Positions 50,691 to 63,347 of a stretch of 64,000 nt of DNA are shown piece by piece. The translations under genes were made by a program, and so were the position numbers. The notes below the pieces were generated by a model, which saw only the letters and a list, made by a program, of their open reading frames with translations, was not told where the DNA came from and did not search any database. The first letter of the stretch is position 1, and each line of letters begins with the position of its first letter. Source of the DNA: Ascidiella aspersa (taxonomy: Eukaryota); assembly GCA_963924565.1 (NCBI GenBank), contig OZ004612.1:7626001-7690000 (forward strand), given 5' to 3'.

Positions 50691-53600
50691 TGTACCTATA
50701 TAGTTTCTTTGTGGTAATATTTATTTCCTATTTCTTTTCGAAAATAACTTTTATGATTCACGATTGTTTATAATGAGGGGTGAAAGTAAAATAATTTTTT
50801 TGTCGTAACAATAATAAATTTTCTTACCGCAATAGGTACATGGAAATTTTCAGAGATGAAGTCAGAAAGTTACGTCGTAAAAGGACGTTCTAAAAAACGT
50901 AAACTTCTAACACCTGAGGGTTTTGTTCGATGTAGTGCACGAATATGCAAGGAAGGAACGGCGTCCGGATAGTTACGGCTTACTTTTACCAGTTGATGTA
51001 ATACGCATTAAAATGTTTACTGCATATTGAGTTACTATTAAGTCACTATACGATGTGTAAACTTATCAGACAGTTTTAAACACAAGTGTAAAATGAGACG
51101 TTATAAACAGCCAAACTGAGGAAGCTTTCGACTAGTACATATCAACATAGGAGTGTGGAAGATATGAAAGAATTTAACAATTACAAAGAACAAAAAGCAA
51201 ATCAGTACTTATACACTGTACATAGAAAATGTTTAGTAATATTCACTCATAAACGAGCGCATTCGACTCCGAAATATACAGAACGACGCTTGCTATTTAA
51301 AACGATTTTTACTTGCCCTTATATAGGTTACATCGGCCAGATGTTGGTAGTTAAGCTTTTGTGACATACGATCAGTAAAGTGACTTGAAATCAGGCTTAC
51401 AACACACGAAATAACAACACAGAAAATTCTGGACATTTATCAAAACGCGGCCAGGAGTGTTTGGCGTGACCGCTGCCTAATCCTAACAAAATTTTCCGCA
51501 ACCAATACAACAGTGACAAATCCTGCGATGTCTCATTGCAAAGTATAACACATAAAGGATAATAATAAAACGCAAAGTGGCATCTGTTTCGGCTTTTACA
51601 ACATCATAATGTCTTACCTCCCAAGACGGGTGAATCTGAATGGCGATAATTATGTTTTTCATGTCAACGCCTAAAATATGTCATCTAACTTAATCAAGTG
51701 CACAGTGTTTATACTATAACGGCACAGTGCTTTATATTGGTTAATGGTTGTTTTGTTATAAAGTCTGTTTGAAATTATGTAATGTAGAACGACCATGGTC
51801 TAATACTCTAATAGGACGTTTATATCAATACGCCATAAGCTACAGTGGTGTTGATTTTTTACTTATATTTTTTTCCATCTGCTTCGCACGGGCGACCTTA
51901 CAAGACTTTACTTCTTTTTACGTTTAGTTTATTATAAGAAATTTGAATCAATTTTCGGACTATATTATATTACATGATACAGACTTAAGATGGCGCCAGT
52001 ACAAGAAAGTCTTGCGTCATGCCGTCCAAATTACGAAATGAAAAATAAGGCCGTTGAATGATCCACGCTTAACTTTCCGGTAAACACCCATAGATACGTG
52101 CCATTGTGCTTGGTGCAGCTAACCACTAAAGTCACGTTTCTATGCGTCAACGAGCAACTCCAAACCACAAGTTTATGTTTCCAAAGTTGCCAGCCTATAT
52201 TCAAACTTAGCCATATAGTGAGTAGCTTTAAACAATTTAGTTTTTTATACCTTATGCCGCAGTAAATTACGAAGAATATGTTTTCGTTCATGAGTTTAGT
52301 TCAATTAAATATGGTTTCCTGTTTCAGGGTGACTAGTCTACCAAGGTTAAAATAAATAATAATAACACGAATCAAAGTACAAGAAAAAACGATCAATATT
52401 TTAGCTTTCAGCAACAGGCCTATTATACAACATGCTCGATTTTCTTTATCCAATTATCTGCTTCCTGGTAATCTCAACTAAATTCAAAACTGTTTTCGGT
52501 GAGTAGATTTTTGTTGGTCCATGATTGGCTTTTGAGCTACTAGTCTATTTAAGCCCAGCCAATATAGCAACATCATAATTGCTGTCGTGTATAATAATTG
52601 GTTAATGTTAAAAATAAGTTTTAAAGTTTATACTTGTATATTACAAATTCCAGTTGAGGGCCACTAATTGGCGATCCGAAGGCGTGATTCCTCGTGTCGG
52701 GCGGAGGATGGATTTTTCCTCTGCGACAATTTGCAGTGCGTGCAAAGACAGCATGTCCTCGACTCCAGAATCGACTGCGCTGATGGGAGTGACCAGCGCT
52801 CACGTATGCCACATATTATTATCATAGCAAGACTTGATATACACTGAGCAGTGTAGACTATTGATTTTACCATGAATCCAACACAAGTCGAAAAGCTTTA
52901 AAAATTAATTATATATGTCCACCAGGAAAGAGCCCAGGATTTTCGTTTAGGGGAGCCGGGAAATTTTTCAGGAATGACATCACAAAGTTAAATTTTGTGA
53001 GGCCCGCGAATCGTTTTAAATTTTCGGCAAGAACTCAAATTATCTTCCACATTTCATCCTTTTTAACACCATTGTCTTGTGCTATTGCTAATTAACTGTC
53101 ATTAAACCTAAATATCTTATTTAAAATTGGCCAGCTTGCCTGTTTAAAAATGAAAGATTTTGTCTAAGTAAGTTGTGTCATACATGCAACCTATACACAC
53201 GTTTTGCAGCTGAGGCGCATACAACGTTTGAATATTTAAAATTCTTGCTTAACTGGGTGGATATACTGATCTTTTGAACACTTTTTTATGGTTTTAAAAT
53301 CAAGAAAAAAACAATGATTATTGGTGCCTTTGTCGCAAATTACAGTCGTAACATTTGCAACGTTTTCCGGATTCGTGGCACTTTCTGAGCTAGAAAACAT
53401 TTCTGTGGGCGCCCATACCACTCTATCACTATATATTTATAAATGCTGCTAAAAGTTAGCGTGTGTATCTACAAGTAAATCAGCGCAGGTGTGCCACCAG
53501 CAAACGAAAAGAAATACTGTTAACAGCTTATTGCAGATACATTAAATAGGCCTATATTGATCATTTTAAAACGTTTTTGTTTCTTAGGTTTGTTGTTGCG

Positions 53601-56600
53601 GCTCACAGACGTAATCCAAATATGTCACAGGGTTCTCAGTAAGACTTGAGTTTGTCCCCCTGTAATAGTGCTAACCCCTGGGTGTACTAAGAAATGAGAA
53701 AACATAGCATTTATTTTTAATAATGTTTAATTTTCAAACTTCCTTTGGGAAACCGTAGATAAAAATGTGCCCTTAATGTGTTTGGATGCCTCAACTCAAT
53801 TAATGAAGTTGTGCGCATAGAAACGCATGGTCCGCTTTAACTCAAGGCGACGAATTTACCTTCCAGCAATAAATTGCACGGACGACGAATTTCCTTGCCG
53901 ATCGAGTTTCCGTTGCGTTCCGAGGCAGTTTGCGGTGGACGGATGTGTTCGTAAAAGAAACGTGATACTCGGGTGCAGAGAAGATAAAGGTTAGATACGT
54001 CGCATACGACATAAGCTTTTAAACATATTTTTTTAACTGGAGGTTTGCAATATTAGTTGCTTTCTCATGTTTTCTTTAAGTCGTGAGGGCAAGGCGTAGT
54101 GAAATAAATGCTGAACTTCATTTTTACATATCCAAAAATCATAACTTTTGTGATATTGCCTTCATAAATTGGTGCCGCAGAATTCACTTGCCGCAAGACT
54201 CGCCGCTGCATCCCGAGGTGGATGGTGATGGACGGAGAGAGGGATTGCGACACTTTGTCCCACAACGATTCAAGTGACGAGGAGCGCGGGTTCGAATCCT
54301 GCACGAGCTCGGAGGTGCGCTGCCATCTTCCAGTCGGAAGTAGCTTAAAGAAGGCGCGCTGCATTCCGCGGGCGTGGGTCCGCGATAACATTACCGATTG
54401 TCCGGGAACGGGAAGTGACGAAGTGGCGCCGTTGAGTTCCTGTAATAATGTAACCGAGTTTCGCTGCAAAGATAGCGGCGGATGCGTGCTGCGGTATAGG
54501 GTAAGAGACGGATACTCGGATTGTGGCGACTCTTCCGACGAGCTTGAGCAACTTGCATGCAACAGAGACGAGTTTCATTGCCTCGATAGCGGAAGATGCA
54601 TTCCCGATACCTGGATTGGGAACAAAGTAAGCGACTGTCCAGACGGAAGCGATGAAAAGGTGATTAGGCAACCAACAAACTGTTCGGCAAACCAGTTCTT
54701 ATGCGCCTCATCGCGTCGATGTATTCCTCTTGAGTATTTATGCGACGGAATCGACAACTGCGGGGATTGTAGCGACGAGATCGAGAGTTGCAAAGAACAA
54801 GGTCCGAAGATGTTTCGCTGCCCGAACCAGCCAAGCACTTGCCTGTCTTGGCAGTATTCCTGTGACGCGTTAACTGACTGCCCGAATGGCGCCGACGATA
54901 TTACTTGGATGCCAGGCTTCAAGTGCCAAAAACTAGTTTTAAACTCGCCTACCGGCAAGAAATACTGCTCAGTGCCTCAATGGGCCTTACACGACCAGTT
55001 GCCTTGGTGCGACGACGGATCCGATATATGCTTCGATGACAGAGGCGAGTTTCTGTGCTCAATGTGCTTGGACGGCAAGACCATCATAGCCAAGAGGCAG
55101 TTGTGTGATGGGATAATCGACTGTCCAGACCTTTCCGACGAGTGCCTCTGCTCGAATGGTTTTAATACGACTGTCCTTACTGAAGTCTGCTCAAACGTGT
55201 GTTACAATACGGACCTACAGGGTGCTGCGTGTCGCAACTGCAGCGTTGGGCATTTCAGGTGCGATTCAAACTGCTTGGAAATAAATAAATTTTGCGATGG
55301 CGTGGTAGATTGCCCAACATCCAAATCAGACGAGTTGTATTGCGCTGAAAATCAAAAACTTGTCAATGCAAAAAGTTCGAAGAACTTCGTTTGTGACCTG
55401 ATTACTCCCTTACATCGTACGTTGGCTGATATTCTTGGATTCACCTCATTCGCTGAAGGAGCGTTTGTGGAGAACGCCTTCGGGTAAATTAAATTTTCAC
55501 ATTGAGACACCTAAACTGAGAATATAGTTTAAATTGTACACAAACATCAAACTAAAGACAAAATTTTGTAGGCCTAAACCTACAGTCAGTTTGTTTCGAT
55601 TTTATTATGATATATATGTTTCACTCCTATATTCCAGTCAAGCCATTTTGCCCTAATGAAACAGTAAATTAAGTTTTCTAAGTTAAGTCATTGGGTTAAG
55701 TCATAACAACACTGATGGAAACACAATAAAATAAAAAACAAGGGAAGATTGCGTTAGTTGAAAGAAAACTCTGAGTGCAAACGTAGCAGAAATGCGTCCA
55801 CATTTTCGGCTTTTTAAGTATTTGATCTTTAGAAAGAATTTGTTTTTACCATCACTGTAGATGCGACGGAAAAGTGGAATGTCTTTATTTTGAAGACGAA
55901 TGCTCCCCTCGGGCAAATTGTAGCACAAGGCTCAAGGTTTGCGACAGCATTCCGATGAAAAAAGTTAGTATGTTACCAACCAAACTGTTCAACTTTGTTT
56001 TGTTAATTTACTGAGCATTATTTTTCCTAACAAGATACTGCATAGTAAACACACATTAAATACAAAGTGAAAGAACAGTATGTAATGAATATGCTGTTGC
56101 TGCCAGGCATACAATTGAACAATTGTTCTTCTGCCAAAATATTTCCTAAAAAACGTACATATTTATATATATATTTAATGTATAGAAATGCGTTTAATAA
56201 ATTAAAATTAAAAATTATTCTTAACGATAACTATCAGTTTTACATACTGCCAACTATCACATCAACTTTAAGTGAAATATTAAATCAGGCGTTACAAATC
56301 CAACCCTGCTGCTACGCTTTCTTTACCGCCAGATAGTAATGCCCACTCTATGGACGAAGTTGTACAACGCGACAGGCAAGGAAATGAATCGTTTGTGCGG
56401 CGGTTTCCAGGAATACGTGATTGGATCTTCGATTTGCAACGGTGTTCAGGAATGTAGCGAAAAGGAAGACGAGATGGATTGCGATCGTTTCTACTGCGAC
56501 GCGGGAAAAGTGCCGTGGATCTCAGGTGAAAGCACATAAAAGCACACGACTCGAAAGGGAATTACGTTCCATTTTAGTTGGATTACAAAAGTTCCAGCTT

Positions 56601-56638
56601 CACTGTTGGCTGTTGATTAGCAATACCTGCCCCATGCA

Positions 56639-56704
56639 AGGTCATTAGGTTACCCCGGGTCATTGTCCTCACCTGGTCTTCAGGTTACCCCAGGTCATTG
56701 ACCT
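56639..56704 (+). promoter_or_regulatory. Nuclear-receptor half-site cluster in intron 6 of A3
   Basis: Same sequence as 7587-7652. Confidence 0.4.
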
Positions 56705-57613
56705 CATCTGTTCTTCAGGAAGTGCAAATCCACCGCGAAAAATCGCAAATGCCAATATATCCACATATTTCGAGTATTTCAAACCCAAAGGCGAAAACTC
56801 AGATTGTATTCAACTTAGGGTATTTGGGGTCACACTGAACAAACTCTTGGCACAAAATGGATTGTAACAGACCGACATAAAATGAGAAACACAACACACA
56901 CTAGATACAGATAAATAAATATTTATTTAGGACCAAGGCCAAAGATTAGTATTCCTTGGTTGGAACGTTGCAATGGAGAGTTCGACTGCAAGGACAAAAC
57001 GGACGAAATGAAATGCAACAAATCCACACATTTCTATTGCAAAAATAGAGAGCCTCTGTTTGTTGATCGCAAAAAGGTACGAGTATCACAACAAACGGCC
57101 ATAGGTTGGTGGCATTGTGTTTATATTTCGCAAATTTATAGTTAATACTTTCAACAAACAATTTTTAACTAAAACCGTCATCGCCTTTTTATCAATAAAA
57201 TAATTGAATTTACGAATTGCTGTTCATCAATATTTATAACTATACTAAATGCTGCGAGCCCTTTCGATAGGAAAGAACCACGTCGCAGAGATAGCGTCAC
57301 GAAATTACGTCATAACCATAACACTACAAAGTTACATAAAAACGTAAAACGCCATAAAGATGTAACCTTAAGTGCTCCAGACAGTTCGTTTAAGTCTTAG
57401 GTTGGTGAGGTGTTACTTTCAAAGCCAAAGCTACATTATATATAAGCGCACAACCTAAAAGACCTCAGAGTCGACTTAATTAAAAACAATTACACTATAA
57501 CGCACCTTTGAAAGGATCGCCCTTTAATAAAACGTTACAAAAGATAAATGTGTTAACGCCGGACTTAATCGTGATTTTGGTTTCATGGCGCATCAAGCCT
57601 TTTAACATGTAGC

Positions 57614-57804
57614 TGAAACGCGAAATTTGGTCCGGGGCCAGAACTTATCCGGTCGGATCAATTTTGGCGTTGGAACAGCCGCTAAAACAGGTCCGGCTAG
57701 GCCTAAACTGGATCCCCTAACGCTAACCCTAACCTTAGCCAGACCTGTTTTAGCGGCTGTTCCAACGCCAAAATCGATCCGACCGGAACAATTTCGGCGT
57801 GACA
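57614..57804. mobile_element. Palindromic TAACCC-core element in intron 7 of A3 (lacks one 42-bp subrepeat)
   Basis: Copy of 8562-8794 missing one AAAATCGATCCGACC-containing unit. Confidence 0.7.
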
Positions 57805-59959
57805 AAGCCATATATCCCGTTAAGAGATGCGATGCTACCCATGCTTTTGCGTGGGTCCACGCATCAGCAAACCTGCGCCTATATGTGAATTGTTTGACCG
57901 AATATGTTCTATCGCATTTTACTCTGTGCGTTTGCACATTTTTACCGTATATTATTACTCTGACCTGATGATGCACTATTGTACAAAAGCTCATTAACAC
58001 TAAATACAAATTTTCAAAAGTGCCATTTGTTTTCAGTTTTAACATATATTTGTTATCAATTCCTGCAAAGCAATAAAGGCTATTATATCTTTCATCTTTC
58101 AGGTTGCCTACAACTTCATTTACATCGGTGAAACAAACACCTTTAAGCTAAAACAATGACAAACCCAAACTCTGTTAGTTGATGTTTTTTTTAATTTTCT
58201 TAGGTTCTTGACGGGAAGATCGATTGCACGGACTCATCCGACGAATGTCCGGAGGACTTTGCCGATAAGAGCGCCGTTTCCTCCAAGACCGAGATGATCA
58301 AGTCGCCCGTCCTCCGTGGCTTCGTTTGGCTCATGGCTATTTTAGCATTCTTCGGAAATGTCGCCGTGATCTTCAAGACGGTCAGGTTCATTTTCCATTC
58401 TCGAAAACGGAAGGCATCGTCTATTTCGATTATTAACAACATCTTTGTTCTTAACCTCGCCTTTGCCGATTTACTGATGGGCTGTTGCCTTTTCGGCTTG
58501 GGCGCCAAGTCGGCTGAATTTTCGGGAAACTATTGCTTGGAAGACTTGGTCTGGCGAGCGAGTTCTTCTTGCAGTGCGCTGGGAGTGAGCATAGTTTTGT
58601 CAAGCGAGGCATCCGTCTTCACACTTATCCTTCTCACGTCTTATCGCCTCTACGGAGTCCTGTTGCCCTTCAAAAGTCGTCAGCTGAGAGTTAGGGTGGC
58701 TGTTGGGTATCTTGCAGCTATTTGGGCAGTTGCTTTGTTTATTGCTCTCATGCCCTTGAGCGATATTTTATCAACGTATATGGTGACAGACATGCTGATT
58801 GCCAAAAGCCCATACTTTAAACGAGGAACGGTGAAACTTTACGAACTGGAGCAATTTGCATTGCGCTTAAACGCACTTCAGCCTGGAAATGAGACTTCTA
58901 ATTTACCGCTGGACTGGGGCGGATTGGTTCAGTTCCTGTCGAAACACTTTCCTAATCAAACCACTGATGTTTTAGGCTTTCACGGTTATTACAGCGCTAA
59001 CGGCGTCTGTATACCTAAGATTTATCGCTTGTCAGGTGACGAGTCAGGTTTCAACATTTACTCCGCTGTGACAATCACGTTTAGCTTCGTTTCTTTGCTA
59101 TATATTCTAGTAGCTTATGTCATGATATACCGAAGATCTGCACACAAACCAGACATTGGTTCAGCTTCGGCTTCTGCACCTAGAAATGCTAAAATACAAC
59201 GCAAGATCACTTTCCTTATTGCAACCGATATGTGCTGTTGGATGCCCATCTGTATTATGACTTTTCTAAGTATGGGCGGAATGGTCATGCCCTCCTTCGC
59301 TTACGCCTTTTCCGCCGTTATCCTGTTGCCAATTAACAGCGCTTTAAATCCAATAATTTACTCCGATACATTACCAATCGCTTTAGGTTTTTGTCGAGCG
59401 CATCTTTTAAAGTTCCGCACCAAGAATAAACCCGTTTTTTCTGAGCAGCGATCTCAATCGACAAAAGAAGGCAACTTGCCTTCCCCTTACACGACTTCAG
59501 GACTATAGATTTTTATACTCGCTGTGCAGTATAGAAGTTTGTTCAAGTTTTGAACTTTTGACTACATGTTAAGGTTGTGATGCTGTAGCGTCTTTTGTTT
59601 AATGCAAGTTCAAATGTTGTATTTATTATTCCAGTAGAAAAAAACATTTTTGTTATTTTTTGTCTTATGTGAAATTCTGTTTGTAGACTGCACACTCATA
59701 GGGTTGTCTTGTGACTATTTATTTCATTTTTTTTTCTGTTGTTCTAAATTTAATTTATGAGATTATGAGGGTATAGGCTATAAACATTCCGAAACAGACA
59801 AAGGACTGAGCGATCGTTTTATTGTTTGTAAATAGCACGGTTATGTATTCGATTTTAAGGCGTTTTTGTATTAAAATAATAAATTGTATATATGAAGTAT
59901 TTAATGTGCAGCTAATGCAATAACATATAGCGAGCATGCCATAACGTCATATGTTAAAC

Positions 59960-60803
59960 CAGGGTTCGGCAACCTACGGCCCGCGGATATAATTCATCCG
60001 GCCCGCCGCCTGTTTGACAAATTAGCCACGAGTCCATTTGACATACGTTTTGACTATTTTAGCTACCTAAGTTCGAAAAATTTTCGTGCTTTGCGCGAAT
60101 GATCTTTTTACATCCGGTTTGTACGTTTTTATGCTGTCTTTTTAACTAAATCAGCGATACTTTATAGTTGCGCCGTGCAAGACTGCCTATAGTGCGTCGC
60201 GGAAAAGTGGAAAACGATATTGATCATATAATAGATAAAAGATTCATTCTTTTATTTGCAAACGTTTCGGCAATTTCTTTTGCTTACTGCACTGATGATG
60301 GCAAAAGAAATTGCCGAAACGTTTGCAGATATTGATCATATTTTTTAACCATTTTTTTTATTTTTTACTTTCAGCAATGTGATAAATCTTGCAAGAAAAT
60401 GAACAGAAATGCCGGTTTACCAAAAAAAATCGCGCTTGGTTCGCTCGCCAGGTGCGCCCGAACTTAAAAAACGTTAACCAACTCTTACTTGGATTAACTT
60501 TAAATGTTATCGCGTTCACCTTAAAGTAGTCTTATTACACTTTTCATTAATAATATGGATAACGTGTGAACTCGAATTTTATACCAAACAAACGCTTTTT
60601 TTCACGCTTTGCGGCAACACTTTACTGCCTCTTTAAACGTAATTATACACGTCTGAAAGTGCAAAAAGGATCCGAGGCCCGCCTGATTCACTGCTGCTCT
60701 AACATTTTAATAAAACAATTCTTAGTTAACATTTTGTGCGGTCCGCAGAAACCTTTCTGAGTTTGGTTTTGACCCGCGACTAGAAAAAGGTTGCCGACCC
60801 CTG
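59960..60803. mobile_element. hAT-like MITE family 1, 844 bp
   Basis: Same TIRs and TSD as 35173-36016. Confidence 0.85.
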
Positions 60804-62502
60804 TATTAAACCTTACTGGGACAAACAAATGACAGACATATAGGTTTGCAGTTTTTAATTGCACCGTTTTGCCTGTACGGTTGAATGGTCAAACGGTAAA
60901 GCTTCCGGTTTACATCAACCAATTAACGGAAGTAAGAAAAACCTTTAATGGCTAATAGCAACTTGACAGAAGAATTTAAATTAAACTAGCATCATGTTTT
61001 AGTGAAACTCGGACAGAATTTCTATGTTTTTTTAGCAAACAGAAGATAACTGGAAATAAGCCACGTCGACATGGCACCCAATCTGCATTTTTGCTTATAT
61101 TCCAATGCAAACATCTTTCTCCCTCCGTCATCTAAAATATTTTTTGCCAGCTTTAAACAATAGAAAGGCGTTTCTTTGACTTTGTGTAAATCGATAAAAT
61201 CTTTGTGATGTATCTTTTGTCTTGAAAGTAACACATTTCCAACCTTACCCCTCAAGGAACAAACAAAAGTCGAACAAAATATTTTTTTACTTTATTTCAG
61301 CTGCATATTAGGAGTTCCACCGAAAACATTATATACATGCATGTTATCCCAGTTATTACTCCAGTATCCATCCGCGGTGTTTTTTTACTTGTTACGATTG
61401 TTAGCACGAGTTGTGTAGGCCTCGATTAGGCCAACCTTTAGTCTATATGTGTATTTAGTTTGCCTTGGTTAAAATACTGTAAGTAAACTTATGTTTTTTA
61501 ATATTTTAGTAAAAAAATCTTACCATGATTTACACCCAATTCAAAAATAGTGTTAAATACAAAGAATATTGCCATCCTTACCTCTTAATGACGTTTCGTA
61601 ATATATTCGCTCATAACGTCAAAAATTATATCAACAAGCCACAGGGAACACACATAGCCTATATTAGGTATGTGCACAGTCGTCACAGGCAACTTTATGA
61701 GTATACACCACACCTGCACAGCATACGGCCCACGACGTAATAACACTTTTCGGTTTACTACTTCTATTCTAAGTAAGTTCGGATTCTAAGTAAGTTCGGG
61801 CGCTCACACATAATGGCTGAAAAAAGGCGAATAGTTTAATTACGCGTTTAAAAGTTGCAGTGACTGTAAGTGTATAATAATTTAGTGATAGGCCAAATTC
61901 GAGGTGCGCAAACTCTCAGCTCGCAGACGCATTACAGATTCAGTACTTTGACAAAAAGTAGCATAAAATGCATTAAATTGTCGAGAATTGTTGCCACGCC
62001 AAAGAGTTTGCACAAAACACAATAGGCGGATCCTGGAGGCAACCAGACAATGTCCACTGCAAACTGTTTTTGTACCTATCGCTATTTAAGTATTACTTTT
62101 TAAACCTATGTTCGTTAGTAATATGTTTTGTCCGTTTTAAAAAAAATCTATTTAGCTAAAAAGCGCTATGCATAATATGTCATGTCGCATCGCGTGACTC
62201 ATCAATTCTACAAAACTCAATTCCTGTTGAATTAGACCGCGAATGCCAGCAATATGCAAATATCTTTTATGTGCCAAATACGCCACGTATCCCTTTAAAT
62301 TAAAAGACAAAACGCCAAATTTTCACTGTTCGCCCGATTAGACAAGATTTTAGCTTCATATAATGGCGTACGAGTTTGCTGGACACGCTACGCACGTTAC
62401 TTCAAAGTTTTTCAAAACTAAGAATAGAACAATGCCTAATACCTAAATGGTAAATAGTTGCATTCATTTAAATAATAAATAATGGCGTCTAACTTGACAT
62501 AA

Positions 62503-62609
62503 GATAGATAGATAGATATCTTTATTGTTAGGGAAGTAGATTCCCAGGGAGCAGCGAAAGACCGTTAGGTCATCAAAGTCAGCCGCTCCCTGACCGCAAT
62601 ATAATCAGA
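62503..62609 (-). mobile_element. Short 3'-tail fragment of a probable LINE/SINE, between copies of an approximately 260-bp direct duplication
   Basis: The minus strand reads stem-loop (CAGGGAGCGGC...GCTGCTCCCTG), then AATAAA, then (TATC)4. 62241-62502 is repeated at 62610-62857. Absent from units 1 and 2. Confidence 0.55.
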
Positions 62610-62952
62610 GAATGCCAGCAATATGCAAATATCTTTTATGTGCCAAATACGCCACGTATCCCTTTAAATTAAAAGACAAAACGCCAAATTTTCGCCCGAT
62701 TAGACTAGATTTTAGCCTCATATAATGGCGTACGAGTTGCTGGACACGCTACGCACGTTATTTCGAAGTTAACTAAGAATAGATCAATGCCTAATACCTA
62801 AATGGTAAATAGTTGCATTCATTTAAATAATAAATAATGTCGTCTAACTTGACATAAAACAAAACACGCCATTGCATATGTTGAAGGAAATCAAAATTAT
62901 ACCAAATGTAACGAAAAAGTAATTTAGCACAGCTTGCAACAATAATCTAAAC

Positions 62953-63347
62953 CAGTGCTCTTCAACCGGTGTGCACGGTGCACCCTAGGGTGCACCAAAA
63001 TATGCATGTGGTGCAACACTACGAAAAGATATACAAGGGGGCATCACAAACGTTTAATGAAGCATTAATATTCAAGATTTTTAATGACAAAACAGTCGTT
63101 AAATAGTCTCTTTGCTATTTTATTAAGTTTGTTTGAATGGTGTTTTAAGACATGCAATATAATATTCGCAAGCAGCCTGCAGCCATAAACTTTCACCGAC
63201 AGTGTGTAAAACTTCGGCAGTTCCGCTCGGTTTAATTGATATGATGATATTTTTTGACCTCAGTTTACCTTTTAAGTAAACAGGGTGCATGACTTCTCTA
63301 GATCAACCTTAAGGGTTCACCAAACCAAAAAAGGGTAAAGAGCACTG
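62953..63347. mobile_element. hAT-like MITE family 2 at the end of C3
   Basis: TIRs CAGTGCTCTTCAACC / GGGTAAAGAGCACTG. TSD ATCTAAAC / ATATAAAC. Confidence 0.88.

Larger units (their letters stand above)
52432..59508 (+). pseudogene. LDLa-repeat GPCR copy A3 with a single nonsense codon in exon 2, otherwise intact
   Basis: Exons 52432-52498, 52654-52803, 53867-53989, 54181-55483, 55861-55963, 56333-56525, 56931-57076, 58204-59508. TAC>TAA at 52665-52667. Confidence 0.8.

Noticed and set aside
62545-62592. Hammerhead ribozyme or SECIS in the inserted stem-loop (GAAA, TGATGA motifs)
   Set aside because: The CUGANGA and GAAA cores do not occur in the right order on one strand, and the stem spacing does not fit a SECIS.
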